The translations under genes were made by a program, and so were the position numbers. From assembly GCA_964513745.1 (NCBI GenBank), contig CAZEOK010000002.1, positions 7,858 through 71,857 on the forward strand: DNA of 64,000 nucleotides, in the 5' to 3' direction. This document shows positions 8,508 to 18,900 of this stretch, piece after piece. Every line of letters begins with the position of its first letter. Within the stretch, counting starts at the first letter, position 1. The notes below the pieces were generated by a model, which saw only the letters and a list, made by a program, of their open reading frames with translations, had not been told where the DNA came from and ran no database searches. This stretch comes from an uncultured bacterium (lineage in GTDB: Bacteria > JAUVQV01 > DATDCY01).

Positions 8508-10558
8508 GCGCTCACCCACCGCTCGCGCGCACCCGCAACATCGGGATCATCGCGCACATCGACGCCGGCAAGACCACGGTCACCGAGCGTTTCCTCTATT
8601 ATTCCGGCCGCAGCCACAAGATCGGCGAGGTCCATGACGGCGCCGCGACGATGGACTGGATGCCGCAGGAGCAGGAGCGCGGCATCACGATCACGGCGGC
8701 CGCAACCACGTTCTTCTGGCGCGAGCACCAGGTAAACCTCATCGACACCCCGGGGCACGTCGATTTCACGATCGAGGTCGAGCGGTCGCTGCGCGTGCTC
8801 GATGGCGCCATCGCGATCTTCTGCGGCGTCGCCGGGGTGCAGCCGCAGACCGAGACCGTCTGGCGCCAGGCCGAGCGCTGGCGCGTGCCGACGATCTGTT
8901 TCGTCAACAAGCTCGACCGCATCGGCGCTGATTTCGCAGCCGTCGTGGCGGCCATTGCGGCGAAACTCGGCTCGGTGCCGGTGCCACTGCAGCTGCCGAT
9001 CGGCCTTGAGAAGGATTTCTGTGGCGTGATCGACCTGCTCCGGATGCGGGCGCTGCTCTGGCGCGGGGATGCCCCCGGCTCCGAGTTCGGGAGCACCGCC
9101 ATCCCGGAGGGTCTGGCCGCCGATGCCATTGCGGCCCGCGCCCATCTTGTCGAGACGATTGCCGAGCACGACGAGCAACTCCTGGGGCTCTATCTCGAGA
9201 ATCCTGACCCACCGGTCCCCGAGCTCCTTGCGGCGGTGCGTCGCCTGACGATCGCACGCAGCATCACCCCGGTGCTCTGCGGCAGCGCCCTGCGCAACAA
9301 GGGCGTCCAGCCACTGCTCGATGCCGTGGTCGACCTGCTGCCCTCCCCCGCCGATCTCCCCCCGGTCGCGGGCAACAATCCCGCCACCGGGAACTCTGAG
9401 CGCCGGGAGGCGAAAATCGGCGCGCCACTGTGCGCCCTGGCCTTCAAGGTCATGACCGCTGAGGACCGGCGGCTGACCTATCTGCGCATCTACTCGGGCA
9501 GGATCCGCTCCGGCGACACGGTGTTCAACGCTACCCGAGCCGTGGAAGAGAAGATTGCCCGCCTTTTCAGGATGCACGCCAACAAGCGCGAGAGAGTCGA
9601 CGAGGCGGTGGCGGGGGACATCGTCGTCGCCGCCGGGCTCAGGAGCGCGTCGACGGGCGACACGCTGACGGACCAGGCGCACCCCCTGCTTCTCGAGCCG
9701 ATGCGCTTCTCGAACCCCGTGATTGCCCTCGCGGTCGAGCCCCGGGCCGGATCCGATACCGAAAGGCTCGCGCAGGCCCTCGGCAAGCTCGCGGGGGAGG
9801 ACCCGACCCTGGAGGTGCGGACCGACCCCGACACCGGGCAGAACATCATCTCGGGCATGGGCGAGTTGCATCTGGAGATCGTCCTCGACCGGCTCGAGCG
9901 CGAGTTCAGGGTACCCGTCCGCTCGGGCCGCCCGCAGGTCATCCACCGCGAGACCATCACGCGCGAGGTCGAACACTCCGCCGAATTCCAGAGGGAGATC
10001 GCGGGGCAGATCCTGCGCGCTGAGGTCGCGTTACGGGTCACGCCTCTTGAGCGCGGGGCCGGAGCGCGGGTCGTTTTCGAGCGCCAGGCCGTCCCCCCGC
10101 CCGAGCCGGTCGTCGCGGCGATTACCGAGGGGGTCAGCGACTGCTTCGGTGCAGGCATGCTCTCGGGGTATCCTGTCGTCGACCTGGAGGTGCGCGTCAC
10201 CCGTGTCCTCTTCCGCGCGGAAGACCCCTTCGCCATGGGATTCAAGATAGCCGCCGCGCGCGCGTTCCGCGAGGCGACCGGGAAGGCCGGCCTGATCCTG
10301 CTCGAGCCCGTGATGCGCCTCGACGTCATCACCCCCGAGGAGTTCACCGGAGAGGTCATCCGCGATCTTTCGTCGCGCCGCGGCCGCGTCGAAGGCATGC
10401 ATCCCCAGGGAACGGCCCGCCTGATCGAGGCGCTCGCCCCGCTGCGGGAGCTTTTCGGGTACTCCACCGCGCTGCGCTCGCTCACCCAGGGCCGTGCCTC
10501 ATTCTCCATGCACTTCTCCAGGTACGGCGAAGTCCCCGCGGAGCGACCGACCGGCTAG
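8504..10558 (+). CDS. elongation factor G paralogue (EF-G2-like GTPase)
   Basis: [35 protein letters not shown]-motifs and EF-G domain order. Located outside a str operon. GTG start overlaps the amidase stop (GTGA). Confidence 0.85.
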   Translation: MSAHPPLARTRNIGIIAHIDAGKTTVTERFLYYSGRSHKIGEVHDGAATMDWMPQEQERGITITAAATTFFWREHQVNLIDTPGHVDFTIEVERSLRVLDGAIAIFCGVAGVQPQTETVWRQAERWRVPTICFVNKLDRIGADFAAVVAAIAAKLGSVPVPLQLPIGLEKDFCGVIDLLRMRALLWRGDAPGSEFGSTAIPEGLAADAIAARAHLVETIAEHDEQLLGLYLENPDPPVPELLAAVRRLTIARSITPVLCGSALRNKGVQPLLDAVVDLLPSPADLPPVAGNNPATGNSERREAKIGAPLCALAFKVMTAEDRRLTYLRIYSGRIRSGDTVFNATRAVEEKIARLFRMHANKRERVDEAVAGDIVVAAGLRSASTGDTLTDQAHPLLLEPMRFSNPVIALAVEPRAGSDTERLAQALGKLAGEDPTLEVRTDPDTGQNIISGMGELHLEIVLDRLEREFRVPVRSGRPQVIHRETITREVEHSAEFQREIAGQILRAEVALRVTPLERGAGARVVFERQAVPPPEPVVAAITEGVSDCFGAGMLSGYPVVDLEVRVTRVLFRAEDPFAMGFKIAAARAFREATGKAGLILLEPVMRLDVITPEEFTGEVIRDLSSRRGRVEGMHPQGTARLIEALAPLRELFGYSTALRSLTQGRASFSMHFSRYGEVPAERPTG

Positions 10559-10627
10559 GGCTTGCCAGCAACCGTGGGATCTTGCGTCCGCCGGATTCGT
10601 TCGTGGAAGACCGCATGGTAGCCGTCG

Positions 10628-12418
10628 ATGGCTAGCGGCGGGGCCTTCCGGACCCTGTGGCCTTCGTTGGGACGCCAGAGACGGCCCCTGGTCCTGGGCC
10701 TGCTCACCCTGCTGCTGACCAACCTCTTCACCTTCGTCGGGCCCTGGGTCATGCGACTGGCGATCGACGGAATGCGCGCACGCTTGAGCGTGCCCGCGCT
10801 GGTGCGCTATTGCTCGCTGCTGCTCGCCGCCGCGCTGCTGCAGGGGATCTGCCGTTACTGGTCGCGCCTGCTGGTCATCGGCGTCTCGCGCGAGGTCGAG
10901 TTCGATCTGCGCAATCTCGTGTTCGGCCACCTGCTCGCCCAGACGCCGGCATTCTTCCAGCGCTACCGCACCGGGGACCTGATGAGCCGCGCCACGTCCG
11001 ACATCGAGTCAGTGCGCATGGTGATCGGTCCGGGGATCATGCAGCTGGCCAACACCGCATACACCTTCATCATCGCGATCGCGATGATGATCTCCCTCGA
11101 TCCCGTGCTCACGCTCTGGTCTCTGGTGCCGATGCCGGCGATCGCACTGGTGATGTACCTGTCCGCTCAGCTCTATCACCGGCGCTTTTTCGACGTGCAG
11201 GTGCACCAGGCCAGGCTCAACTCCGTTGCCCAGGAGAATTTCTCGGGCATCCGCATCGTGAAGACCTACGGCCTCGAGGAGCAGCAGCGCGGAGTGTTTC
11301 TCGCGGCGAGCCGCAGGTACCTCCTGGCGAACATGCGGCTGGCCCGTGCGCTCGGCTTCTTCCACCCGCTCGTCGCCACGATTGCCGGGCTCGGCACACT
11401 CATCGTGCTCTGGTCGGGCGGGCGACGGATCATCAGCGGGGAATGCACGCTCGGAACGCTCGTGGCCTTCATGGCGCTGTTCGGACTGCTGACCTGGCCG
11501 ACCATCGCGCTGGGGTGGGTCGTGAGTCTCATCCAGCGCGGTTCTTCAGCGATGGGCCGGATAAACGAGATGCTCGAGGCGCCAGTGGCGGTGACCGAGC
11601 CCGCGGAACCCGTCGACGTCGTCATGCCCGTCTCCCCCGAGGGATCGGCCCTCGGAGCCGCGCTCGAGGTACGCGATCTCACGTTCGCCTACCCGGGACG
11701 CGACGAGCCAGCGTTGCAGGGGGTGAGCTTCAAGGTCGGCTCCGGCGAGCGGGTGGCGCTCGTCGGGCGCACCGGATCTGGGAAGACCACCCTGCTCTCG
11801 CTGCTCCCTCGCCTTTGGCCTGTCGCTGACGGCAGCATCTTCCTGGACGGGGTCGACGTCAATTGTCAACGCCTGGGCCGGTTGCGCGCGGGCATCGGCT
11901 TTGTCCCTCAGGAGACATTCCTTTTTTCCGAGACCATCATGGGGAACATCGCCCTTCCGGACACGGAAACGGACTCGTCGATGCTTCCCGACGTGGAGGC
12001 TGCCGGCCAACTGTCGCAGTTCGCCGCCGAGGTCAAGGATTTTCCCCGTGGCTGGCGAACGCTGGTCGGAGAACGCGGCGTCACCCTCTCGGGGGGACAA
12101 AAGCAGCGCGTGGCGATCGCGCGCGCGCTGCTGCACCGGCCACGGTTGCTGGTACTCGGTGACGCACTATCGTCGGTCGACACCGAGACCGAGGAAAAGA
12201 TACTCGGCGGCGTGCTGACCGCCCACCCGGAGCGGACGGTGCTGTTCGTCTCACACCGGCTTTCCACGATGCGGCGCGCCGACCGGATCCTGGTGCTCGA
12301 AGATGGCCGCCTCGTCGAATCCGGCACCCACGAGGAGCTGATGGCCCGCCGCGGCGCCTACCGGCGGCTCATCGACCAGCAACTGCTGGCCGAAGAACTC
12401 GAGCGCGAAGGCTCCTGA
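10628..12418 (+). CDS. ABC exporter, fused permease/ATPase subunit (degenerate-site partner)
   Basis: Six-helix TMD then NBD with GRTGSGKTT, LSGGQKQR, Walker B LLVLGD followed by Ala instead of Glu. Confidence 0.85.
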   Translation: MASGGAFRTLWPSLGRQRRPLVLGLLTLLLTNLFTFVGPWVMRLAIDGMRARLSVPALVRYCSLLLAAALLQGICRYWSRLLVIGVSREVEFDLRNLVFGHLLAQTPAFFQRYRTGDLMSRATSDIESVRMVIGPGIMQLANTAYTFIIAIAMMISLDPVLTLWSLVPMPAIALVMYLSAQLYHRRFFDVQVHQARLNSVAQENFSGIRIVKTYGLEEQQRGVFLAASRRYLLANMRLARALGFFHPLVATIAGLGTLIVLWSGGRRIISGECTLGTLVAFMALFGLLTWPTIALGWVVSLIQRGSSAMGRINEMLEAPVAVTEPAEPVDVVMPVSPEGSALGAALEVRDLTFAYPGRDEPALQGVSFKVGSGERVALVGRTGSGKTTLLSLLPRLWPVADGSIFLDGVDVNCQRLGRLRAGIGFVPQETFLFSETIMGNIALPDTETDSSMLPDVEAAGQLSQFAAEVKDFPRGWRTLVGERGVTLSGGQKQRVAIARALLHRPRLLVLGDALSSVDTETEEKILGGVLTAHPERTVLFVSHRLSTMRRADRILVLEDGRLVESGTHEELMARRGAYRRLIDQQLLAEELEREGS

Positions 12419-14184
12419 TGCGCCACGACCACCTGATCGACGAGATCGAGCCCCGCGAGTTCGACCGCGCGCTGCTGCGCCGGCTGCTCGGCTATCTCGC
12501 CCCGTATCGGGCGCAGATGGCGCTGTCGATCCTGCTGTTGTTCGGGGCGGCGCTGCTGCAGCTGGTCGGGCCGTATCTGGTAAAAGTCGGCATCGACCGG
12601 CACATCGCCACCGGAGACCTCGCCGGTCTTGACCGCATAGCCCTGCTTTTCGTCGCGAGCGCCTTCGCGGGGTTCGCCCTGCGCTACGCCCAGACGATCC
12701 TGACCTACCACATCGGCCAGCGGGCCATGATGGATCTGCGGCTCGCGGTCTTCGACCGGATCGAGGCCCAGTCGCTCTCGTACTTCGACCGCAATCCCAC
12801 CGGACGGCTCATGACGCGGGTCGGCAGCGACGTCGAGGTGCTCCAGGAGCTGTTCTCAAGCGGGGCGATAACGATCTTCGGCGACCTGTTCACGGTGCTC
12901 GGCGTCGTCGCGGCGATGCTCGCCATCAACTGGCGGCTCGCGCTCGTCTCCTTCGCGGTACTGCCGCTGCTCTTCGGTGCGACGATCCTGTTCCGCAGCC
13001 GGGTGCGCCGCTCCTTTCGCGCCATCCGGCAGAAGGTCGCGCGCATGAACTCCTTTCTCAACGAGCACGTGAGCGGCATCGCCGTCGTCAAGCTCTTCTC
13101 GCGCGAGCGGTCGGCCGCCGCCAGCTTCGAGCGCATCAACGACGAGCACCGCCGGGCATTCCTCGGCGCGGTGCAGGCGTACGCCGTCTTTTTCCCCGTC
13201 GTCGAGTTCATCGGGGCGCTGGCCGTGGCGCTGCTGCTCGGGTACGGTGGGGTGCAGATCGTCGGCGGCAGCCTGAGCTTCGGCAGCCTGGTGGCGTTTC
13301 TCGAGTATGTTCAGCGATTTTACAAGCCTGTTCAGGACCTCGCGGAAAAGTTCAACATCCTCCAGTCGGCCATGGCCGCCGCCGAACGCATCTTCGGGGT
13401 TCTCGACAGCGTGCCCGAGATCACGGACCCGGCCGCGCCGGCCGCGGCAGGGCGTGCGCGCGGGGCCGTCGAATTCCGCAACGTCGGTTTCTCGTACCAG
13501 CCCGGCGAGGCGGTACTGCGGGGGATTACGCTGCGGAGCGAGCCGGGGGAGAGGGTGGCGATCGTCGGCGCGACCGGCTCCGGGAAAACCTCCATCATCA
13601 GCCTGCTCGCCCGCTTGTACGATCCCCAGTCCGGAGCGGTCCTGCTCGACGGCCGCGACATCAGGGAATACGCCCAGAGCCACCTGCACCGGCAAATGGC
13701 GGTCGTCCTGCAGGAGGTCTTCCTTTTTTCCGGGACGATCCGCGACAACATCTCCCTCGGAAACCCGGACATCACGAGAGAGGCGGTCGAAGACGCGGCG
13801 CGACGGGTCGGCGTCGACGCCTTCATCCGCCGGCTGCCGCAGGGATACGAAACCGAGGTCGGCGAGCGGGGGGCTCTGCTCTCCAGCGGCCAGAAGCAAC
13901 TACTTTCTTTCGCCCGGGCGCTCGCCCACGACCCGCCGCTGCTGATCCTCGACGAGGCGACCTCGTCGGTCGATTCCGAGAGCGAGGCGCTGATCCAGGA
14001 GGCGCTGGATGTGCTCTTCGCGGGCCGCACGTCGATCGTCATCGCCCACCGTCTCTCGACGATCCGTGGCGCCGACCGCATCGTCACGCTGCACAAGGGC
14101 CGGATCCGCGAGACCGGCACGCACGCCGAACTGTTGCGGCTCGGCGGCATCTACGCCAAGCTCCACCGCCTGCAGTACGCCTGA
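12418..14184 (+). CDS. ABC exporter, fused permease/ATPase subunit (consensus-site partner)
   Basis: TMD plus NBD with GATGSGKTS, SSGQKQL, Walker B LLILDE. Start overlaps the previous stop by 1 nt (TGATG). Confidence 0.85.
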   Translation: MRHDHLIDEIEPREFDRALLRRLLGYLAPYRAQMALSILLLFGAALLQLVGPYLVKVGIDRHIATGDLAGLDRIALLFVASAFAGFALRYAQTILTYHIGQRAMMDLRLAVFDRIEAQSLSYFDRNPTGRLMTRVGSDVEVLQELFSSGAITIFGDLFTVLGVVAAMLAINWRLALVSFAVLPLLFGATILFRSRVRRSFRAIRQKVARMNSFLNEHVSGIAVVKLFSRERSAAASFERINDEHRRAFLGAVQAYAVFFPVVEFIGALAVALLLGYGGVQIVGGSLSFGSLVAFLEYVQRFYKPVQDLAEKFNILQSAMAAAERIFGVLDSVPEITDPAAPAAAGRARGAVEFRNVGFSYQPGEAVLRGITLRSEPGERVAIVGATGSGKTSIISLLARLYDPQSGAVLLDGRDIREYAQSHLHRQMAVVLQEVFLFSGTIRDNISLGNPDITREAVEDAARRVGVDAFIRRLPQGYETEVGERGALLSSGQKQLLSFARALAHDPPLLILDEATSSVDSESEALIQEALDVLFAGRTSIVIAHRLSTIRGADRIVTLHKGRIRETGTHAELLRLGGIYAKLHRLQYA

Positions 14185-14237
14185 TGCGCTCAGAGGTGTC
14201 GGGCCCCGAACCTCGTGGTTGTCCCCAGTGGCAATAT

Positions 14238-14340
14238 GCGAGGCGAAGGGGTGGCGCGGAGGGGAGGTCTCCATTAGCGGACCGCAGGGAGCATGATGGA
14301 GGTCCGCAGCGTCAGGACCCCGCAGCCTGCACGGGAACGA
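14238..14340 (+). repeat. left copy of an inverted repeat pair (carries a 35-nt insertion at 14270-14304)
   Basis: 14238-14269 plus 14305-14340 match the reverse complement of 20686-20753 at 56/68 positions. The exact 24-mer ggaggtccgcagcgtcaggacccc is at 14298-14321. Confidence 0.8.
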
Positions 14341-14365
14341 ATCTTCCTTTGAGCAGACACATATC

Positions 14366-14404
14366 GAAAAGAAAAGCCCCGACCGCTGAATGTGCGGCCG
14401 GGGC
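14366..14404 (-). terminator. rho-independent terminator of the cus-type operon
   Basis: On the minus strand, GCCCCGGCCGC / GCGGTCGGGGC stem (one mismatch, 14376-14404) with a 7-nt loop, followed by TTTTCTTTTC (14366-14375), 25 nt after the lipoprotein stop. Confidence 0.6.
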
Positions 14405-14428
14405 GTACTGGTTTGATGAAGCGCGGTG

Positions 14429-15241
14429 CTACTCGATCTTGACCTTGCCGTCCTCGATGATCAGGTCGTACTTGTAACCCATGCCGAAATCCTTCTTCAG
14501 CGTGATCTTGCCCGTCACCAGCACCGTGTCGCCGACTTTGGCGCTGTCGGCGGTCGTGATCGTCAGGTCATTGGTGCCGCCCTGACCCGTGCCGTCCTGG
14601 ACGTGCACCCAGTTCTTGCCCATGATCTGGGGGCTGAACTTGACGACCTTGCCGCGCACCGACACATCCTTGCCGCTCAGGTCGTTCTGGCCTGCATAAA
14701 CTTCGCCGACGGTCTTGTCGGCCTTCTTGATGCCGGAGAAGGTGATGTTGGCGTCCTTGGCGGCCTGCGCGGGATCCATCTTCGGATGCGCCCCCTCGGG
14801 CATCTGCGGATCCGCGGTCATCCCGGCGACGGGGGCCGTCGCCGCGGCGGGGGGCTGGTCACCCTTGGAGATCGCGCCGACGAAGAAAACCACGTCGAAC
14901 TTCCGGTTGAGGGTCTTGCTCTCGTAGTCCTTCATCGGCATCCCCTCGGGGACGGTGACCTTCTCGCCCTGCTTCACCTCGAACTGAGGCGCGGCGGCCC
15001 AGATCTTCTGGCTGCCGTTGTCGACCTGGACGTAGGTGTACCCGCCTGCGTTCATCGTCTCGAGCACGGTGCCGCTGAAATAGCGCGACTGGGACTCGGG
15101 GGATGGCGCCGGGGTGGTGGATTCCTGGACTGCCGGCGCTGGCGGCGGTGGCGCCGGCGCTGGCTCGATCTTCGACTTGCACGCTACAAGGCCGGCGGCG
15201 AGAACTCCGGCGGCTACCAACGTCGCTGCTGCTCGCTTCAT
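14429..15241 (-). CDS. periplasmic lipoprotein with two related beta-rich modules (unassigned)
   Basis: ATG at 15241 gives MKRAAATLVAAGVLAAGLVAC (lipobox LVAC), preceded by GGAGAGGGAGGA. Pro-rich linker. Internal duplication YTYVQVDNG...EVKQGEKVTV...FDVVFF versus NWVHVQDGTG...AKVGDTVLVTG...YDLIIE. Last gene of the cus-type operon. Confidence 0.7.
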   Translation of the reverse strand: MKRAAATLVAAGVLAAGLVACKSKIEPAPAPPPPAPAVQESTTPAPSPESQSRYFSGTVLETMNAGGYTYVQVDNGSQKIWAAAPQFEVKQGEKVTVPEGMPMKDYESKTLNRKFDVVFFVGAISKGDQPPAAATAPVAGMTADPQMPEGAHPKMDPAQAAKDANITFSGIKKADKTVGEVYAGQNDLSGKDVSVRGKVVKFSPQIMGKNWVHVQDGTGQGGTNDLTITTADSAKVGDTVLVTGKITLKKDFGMGYKYDLIIEDGKVKIE

Positions 15242-15352
15242 CAATCGATCCTCCCTCTCCAGTGTTCGACACGGGAACAAGTCCCGTATGTGCGTGAATG
15301 TTCTTATGTACCAGAGATCGCAGGTCAGCGCAAGTACCAACCTGTCTCGGCC

Positions 15353-15934
15353 TTATTTCACGGTGAAGCTGAGATCATCCGTGAAGGTCCGCCCGCCAAT
15401 AACCGCCTTCGTCCTGATGGTGTGGGTCCCTTTGGCCCTCAAGGGGACGTCCGCGCCATAGCCGTCGGACATCCCCATCGTGAGCGTCTTGAACTCGGCC
15501 TTGTCCGGGCCGGTGACGACGAAGCCGACTTTTCCGCCAGCTACCAGCTTCCCGTCGGCACCCTTGATGAAGACCATGAGGTGATGAGTCGATTTTCCCG
15601 TATCGTCCATGCCGGGCATGACGTGGCCTTCCATCCCCTTCATCATGACGTTGCGCTCGTCCCAGGTGTAGAGACGGTAGGTGAGTGCGTATCCTTCGAC
15701 CTTCGACTCACGGATCACCGTACCCTGGGGCACCGTCGCGGCGCTGGCGACGTGGTCCCCGCTCCCGTGGACCTCGTGGCTCTCATGCCCGGATCCGTGG
15801 CTCATCCCGGCGTGACCTTCGTGGCTTGCGCCACTGCCGTCGCTCCCCATTTCAGCGCGCGCCCTGCCGGCGCCGTGGGCACCCAGTACCAGAATCCCGA
15901 CTGTAACGACCAATAACCGCAATCCCCTGGACAT
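15353..15934 (-). CDS. secreted His/Met-rich putative metal-binding protein (unassigned)
   Basis: Start at MSRGLRLLVVTVGILVLGAHG (signal peptide), 15 nt after the cusA stop. SHEGHAGMSHGSGHESHEVHGSGDH and MMKGMEGHVMPGMDD clusters, then a beta-rich domain. Confidence 0.7.
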   Translation of the reverse strand: MSRGLRLLVVTVGILVLGAHGAGRARAEMGSDGSGASHEGHAGMSHGSGHESHEVHGSGDHVASAATVPQGTVIRESKVEGYALTYRLYTWDERNVMMKGMEGHVMPGMDDTGKSTHHLMVFIKGADGKLVAGGKVGFVVTGPDKAEFKTLTMGMSDGYGADVPLRAKGTHTIRTKAVIGGRTFTDDLSFTVK

Positions 15935-15948
15935 CTGCCGCTCCCCTT

Positions 15949-18900
15949 TCATCTGCTCGTCGATCCCGTTAGCGTTTCTCTTCTTTTCCACACCTTATAG
16001 ATGGCCGGGTAGACTAAAAGTTCCAAAAGGAACGAGGTCGTCAGTCCGCCGATCATCGGCGCGGCGATTCGCTTCATCACATCGGAGCCGGCCGAGGTCG
16101 ACCACATGATCGGCAGCAGGCCCATGAAGGCAGCGGCCACAGTCATCATCTTGGGCCGCGCCCGCTTGACCGCTCCGTGGATGATCGCCTCGTCGAGGTC
16201 CGCCACGGTGCGCAGCCTGCCCGCCGTCCGCGCCTGCTCCCAGGACAGGTCGAGGAAGAGGAGCATGAACACGCCGGTCTCGGCGTCGAGTCCGAGCAGT
16301 GCGATCATGCCGACCCAGGCGGCAATCGAGACGTTGTAGTCGAGCAGCCAGAAGAGCCAGATCGCGCCGATGGCGGAGAACGGCACGGCCATCATCACGA
16401 GCATCGTCTTGAAGGCCGAGCGGGTGTTGAGAAAGAGCAGGATGAAGATCAGGACGAGGGTCACCGGGATGATCAGCTTCATCCGCTCGCGCACCCGGAT
16501 CATGTTCTCGTACTGGCCGCTCCACTGCAGGACGTACCCGGGGGGGAGCGGGACCTGCGCGAGGACTTTCGCCTTGGCCTCGTCGACGTAGCTGCCGATG
16601 TCCCGGCCGGAGAGATAGACGTAGACGTAGCCGGAGAGGAAGCCGTTCTCGTCGCGCAGCATCGCCGGGCCCTGGACCATGCGGATGTCGGCGAGTTGCC
16701 CGAGCGGAATCTGCGCGCCGCCGCCGGTCGCCACGAGGACCCTGCGGAGCCGTCCGACGTCCTCACGCAGCTCGCGCGGGTAGCGCACGTTCACGGGGTA
16801 GCGCTCGCGTCCAGCGATGACCGTGGTCACGTTCTCGCCGCCGATCGCCGTCGTGATCGCCATCTGGACCTGGGCGATGGTCAGGCCGTGGCGGGCCAGC
16901 TGGTCCCGACGCGGCTCGAAGTCGAGGAAGAAGCCGCCGGCGGCGCGTTCGGCAAAGACGCTGCTCGTCCCCTGGACGCCCCTGAGGGCCTGCTCGATCC
17001 CGGTGCCGATGCGCTCGATCTCCTTGAGGTCGGCGCCGAAGATCTTCACGCCGACCGGTGAACGGATCCCGGTGGTCAGCATGTCGATGCGGGCCTTGAT
17101 CGGCATCGTTATCGCGCCGCGGCTGGTCACCCCCGGGATCTCCAGCTTCTCGTCGATCTCGGCCAGCAGCTCCTCGTAGGAGAGGTGGTCCGGCCAGGCG
17201 CTGCGCAGGAAACCCTTGAACCACTCCGGCGCCCAGGAGGAGTACCAGCGCTCCTTGCTACGCCACTGCGACTCCGGTTTGAGGATGACGGTCGTCTCCA
17301 TCATCGAGAAGGGCGCCGGGTCGGTCGAGGTGTCCGCGCGCCCGGCCTTGCCGAAAACCCGCTCGATCTCGGGGATGGTCTTCAGGATCCGGTCCTGCGT
17401 CTCGAGGATGCGCTGCGCCTCGGAGACCGCGAGGCCGGGCAGCGTCGTGGGCATGAACAGCAGCGAGCCCTCGCGCAGCGGCGGCATGAACTCCCGGCCG
17501 AGCTTGAAATAGACCGGGACGCTGACCGCCACCAGGGCGACCGAGACCAGGATGACCGCCCACGGGCGGCGCAGCACGAAGCGGCAGGCCGGCTCGTAGA
17601 CCCTGTGGATGGCGCGGCTGATCGGGTGGCGCTCCTCGGAGTAGTAGGTGCCCACCAGCGCCCGCGTCGCAACCCACGCCAGCCAGCGCGGCTTGAACGT
17701 AAAGGGGTCCATCCGGGCGAAGAGCATCCGCAGCGCCGGGTCGATCGTGACCGCCAGCACGGCGGCGATGCCCATCGCAAGGTTCTTCGAGTAGGCGAGC
17801 GGTTTGAAGAGGCGCCCCTCCTGGTCGACGAGGGCGAACACCGGCAGGAAAGCGACCGCGATCACGAGCAGCGAGAAGAAGACCGACGGTCCGACCTCTG
17901 TCAGCGCCGCGAGCCGCACCGCGTGAAAATCGCCCTTTCTCCCCTCGGTCTGCCAGTGGTAGAGCTTGTTGTAGGCGTTCTCGACCTCGACGATCGCGCC
18001 GTCGACGAGCACGCCGATCGAGATCGCGATGCCGGCCAGCGACATGATGTTCACCGTGACGCCGAAGTAGAACATCGGGATGAAGGCGAGGAGCACCGAG
18101 ACCGGGATCGTAACGATCGGGACGACGGCGCTCGGGATGTGCCAGAGAAAGACCAGGATCACCAGCGAGACGATGATCATCTCGATCGTCAACTCGTGCT
18201 TGAGGGTCTCGATCGCCCGCGTGATCAGGTCGGAGCGGTCGTAGGTCGTGACGATCTCTACCCCCGGCGGTAGCGATGGCTCGAGTTCCTCGAGACGGGT
18301 CTTGACGCGCCGGATCACGTTGAGCGCGTTTTCCCCGTGGCGCATGACGACGATGCCGCCGACGGTGTCGCCGGTGCCGTCCAGGTCGGACACGCCGCGG
18401 CGCAGCTCCGGACCGATCTCGACGCGCGCCACGTCGCGCAGCAGCACCGGGACGCCGGCGGCGGTGGCCTTGACGACGACCGACCCGAAATCCTCGACGC
18501 TGCGGCTGTAGCCCCGCCCGCGCACCATGTACTCGGCCCCGGCGAAGTCGAGCAGACGCCCGCCGACCTCGTTGTTCGAGTCGCGAACCGCCGCGACGAC
18601 GGTCTCGAGAGGGATGTTGTAGGCGGCGAGGCGGTTGGGGTCGACTGTCACCTGGTACTGCCGCACGAAACCGCCGATGGACGCGACCTCCGCGACGCCG
18701 GGGACTGCCTGTACGGCGTAGCGCAGCGTCCAGTCCTGGAGCGAGCGCAGCGCGTCGAGTCCGTGCGTGCCGGAACGGTCGACCAGCGCGTACTGGAAAA
18801 CCCACCCGACGCCGGTGGCGTCAGGACCGAGCTCGGTGCGCACGCCCTCGGGCAGGCGCGGCTGGATCTTCGAGAGATATTCGAGCACGCGCGAGCGGGC

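Noticed and set aside
14426-15916. 496-aa plus-strand ORF opposite the lipoprotein and His/Met-rich genes
   Set aside because: The minus-strand genes have signal peptides, a lipobox, Shine-Dalgarno sequences and a terminator. The plus-strand translation is repetitive Gly/Arg/Leu/Asp with no features.
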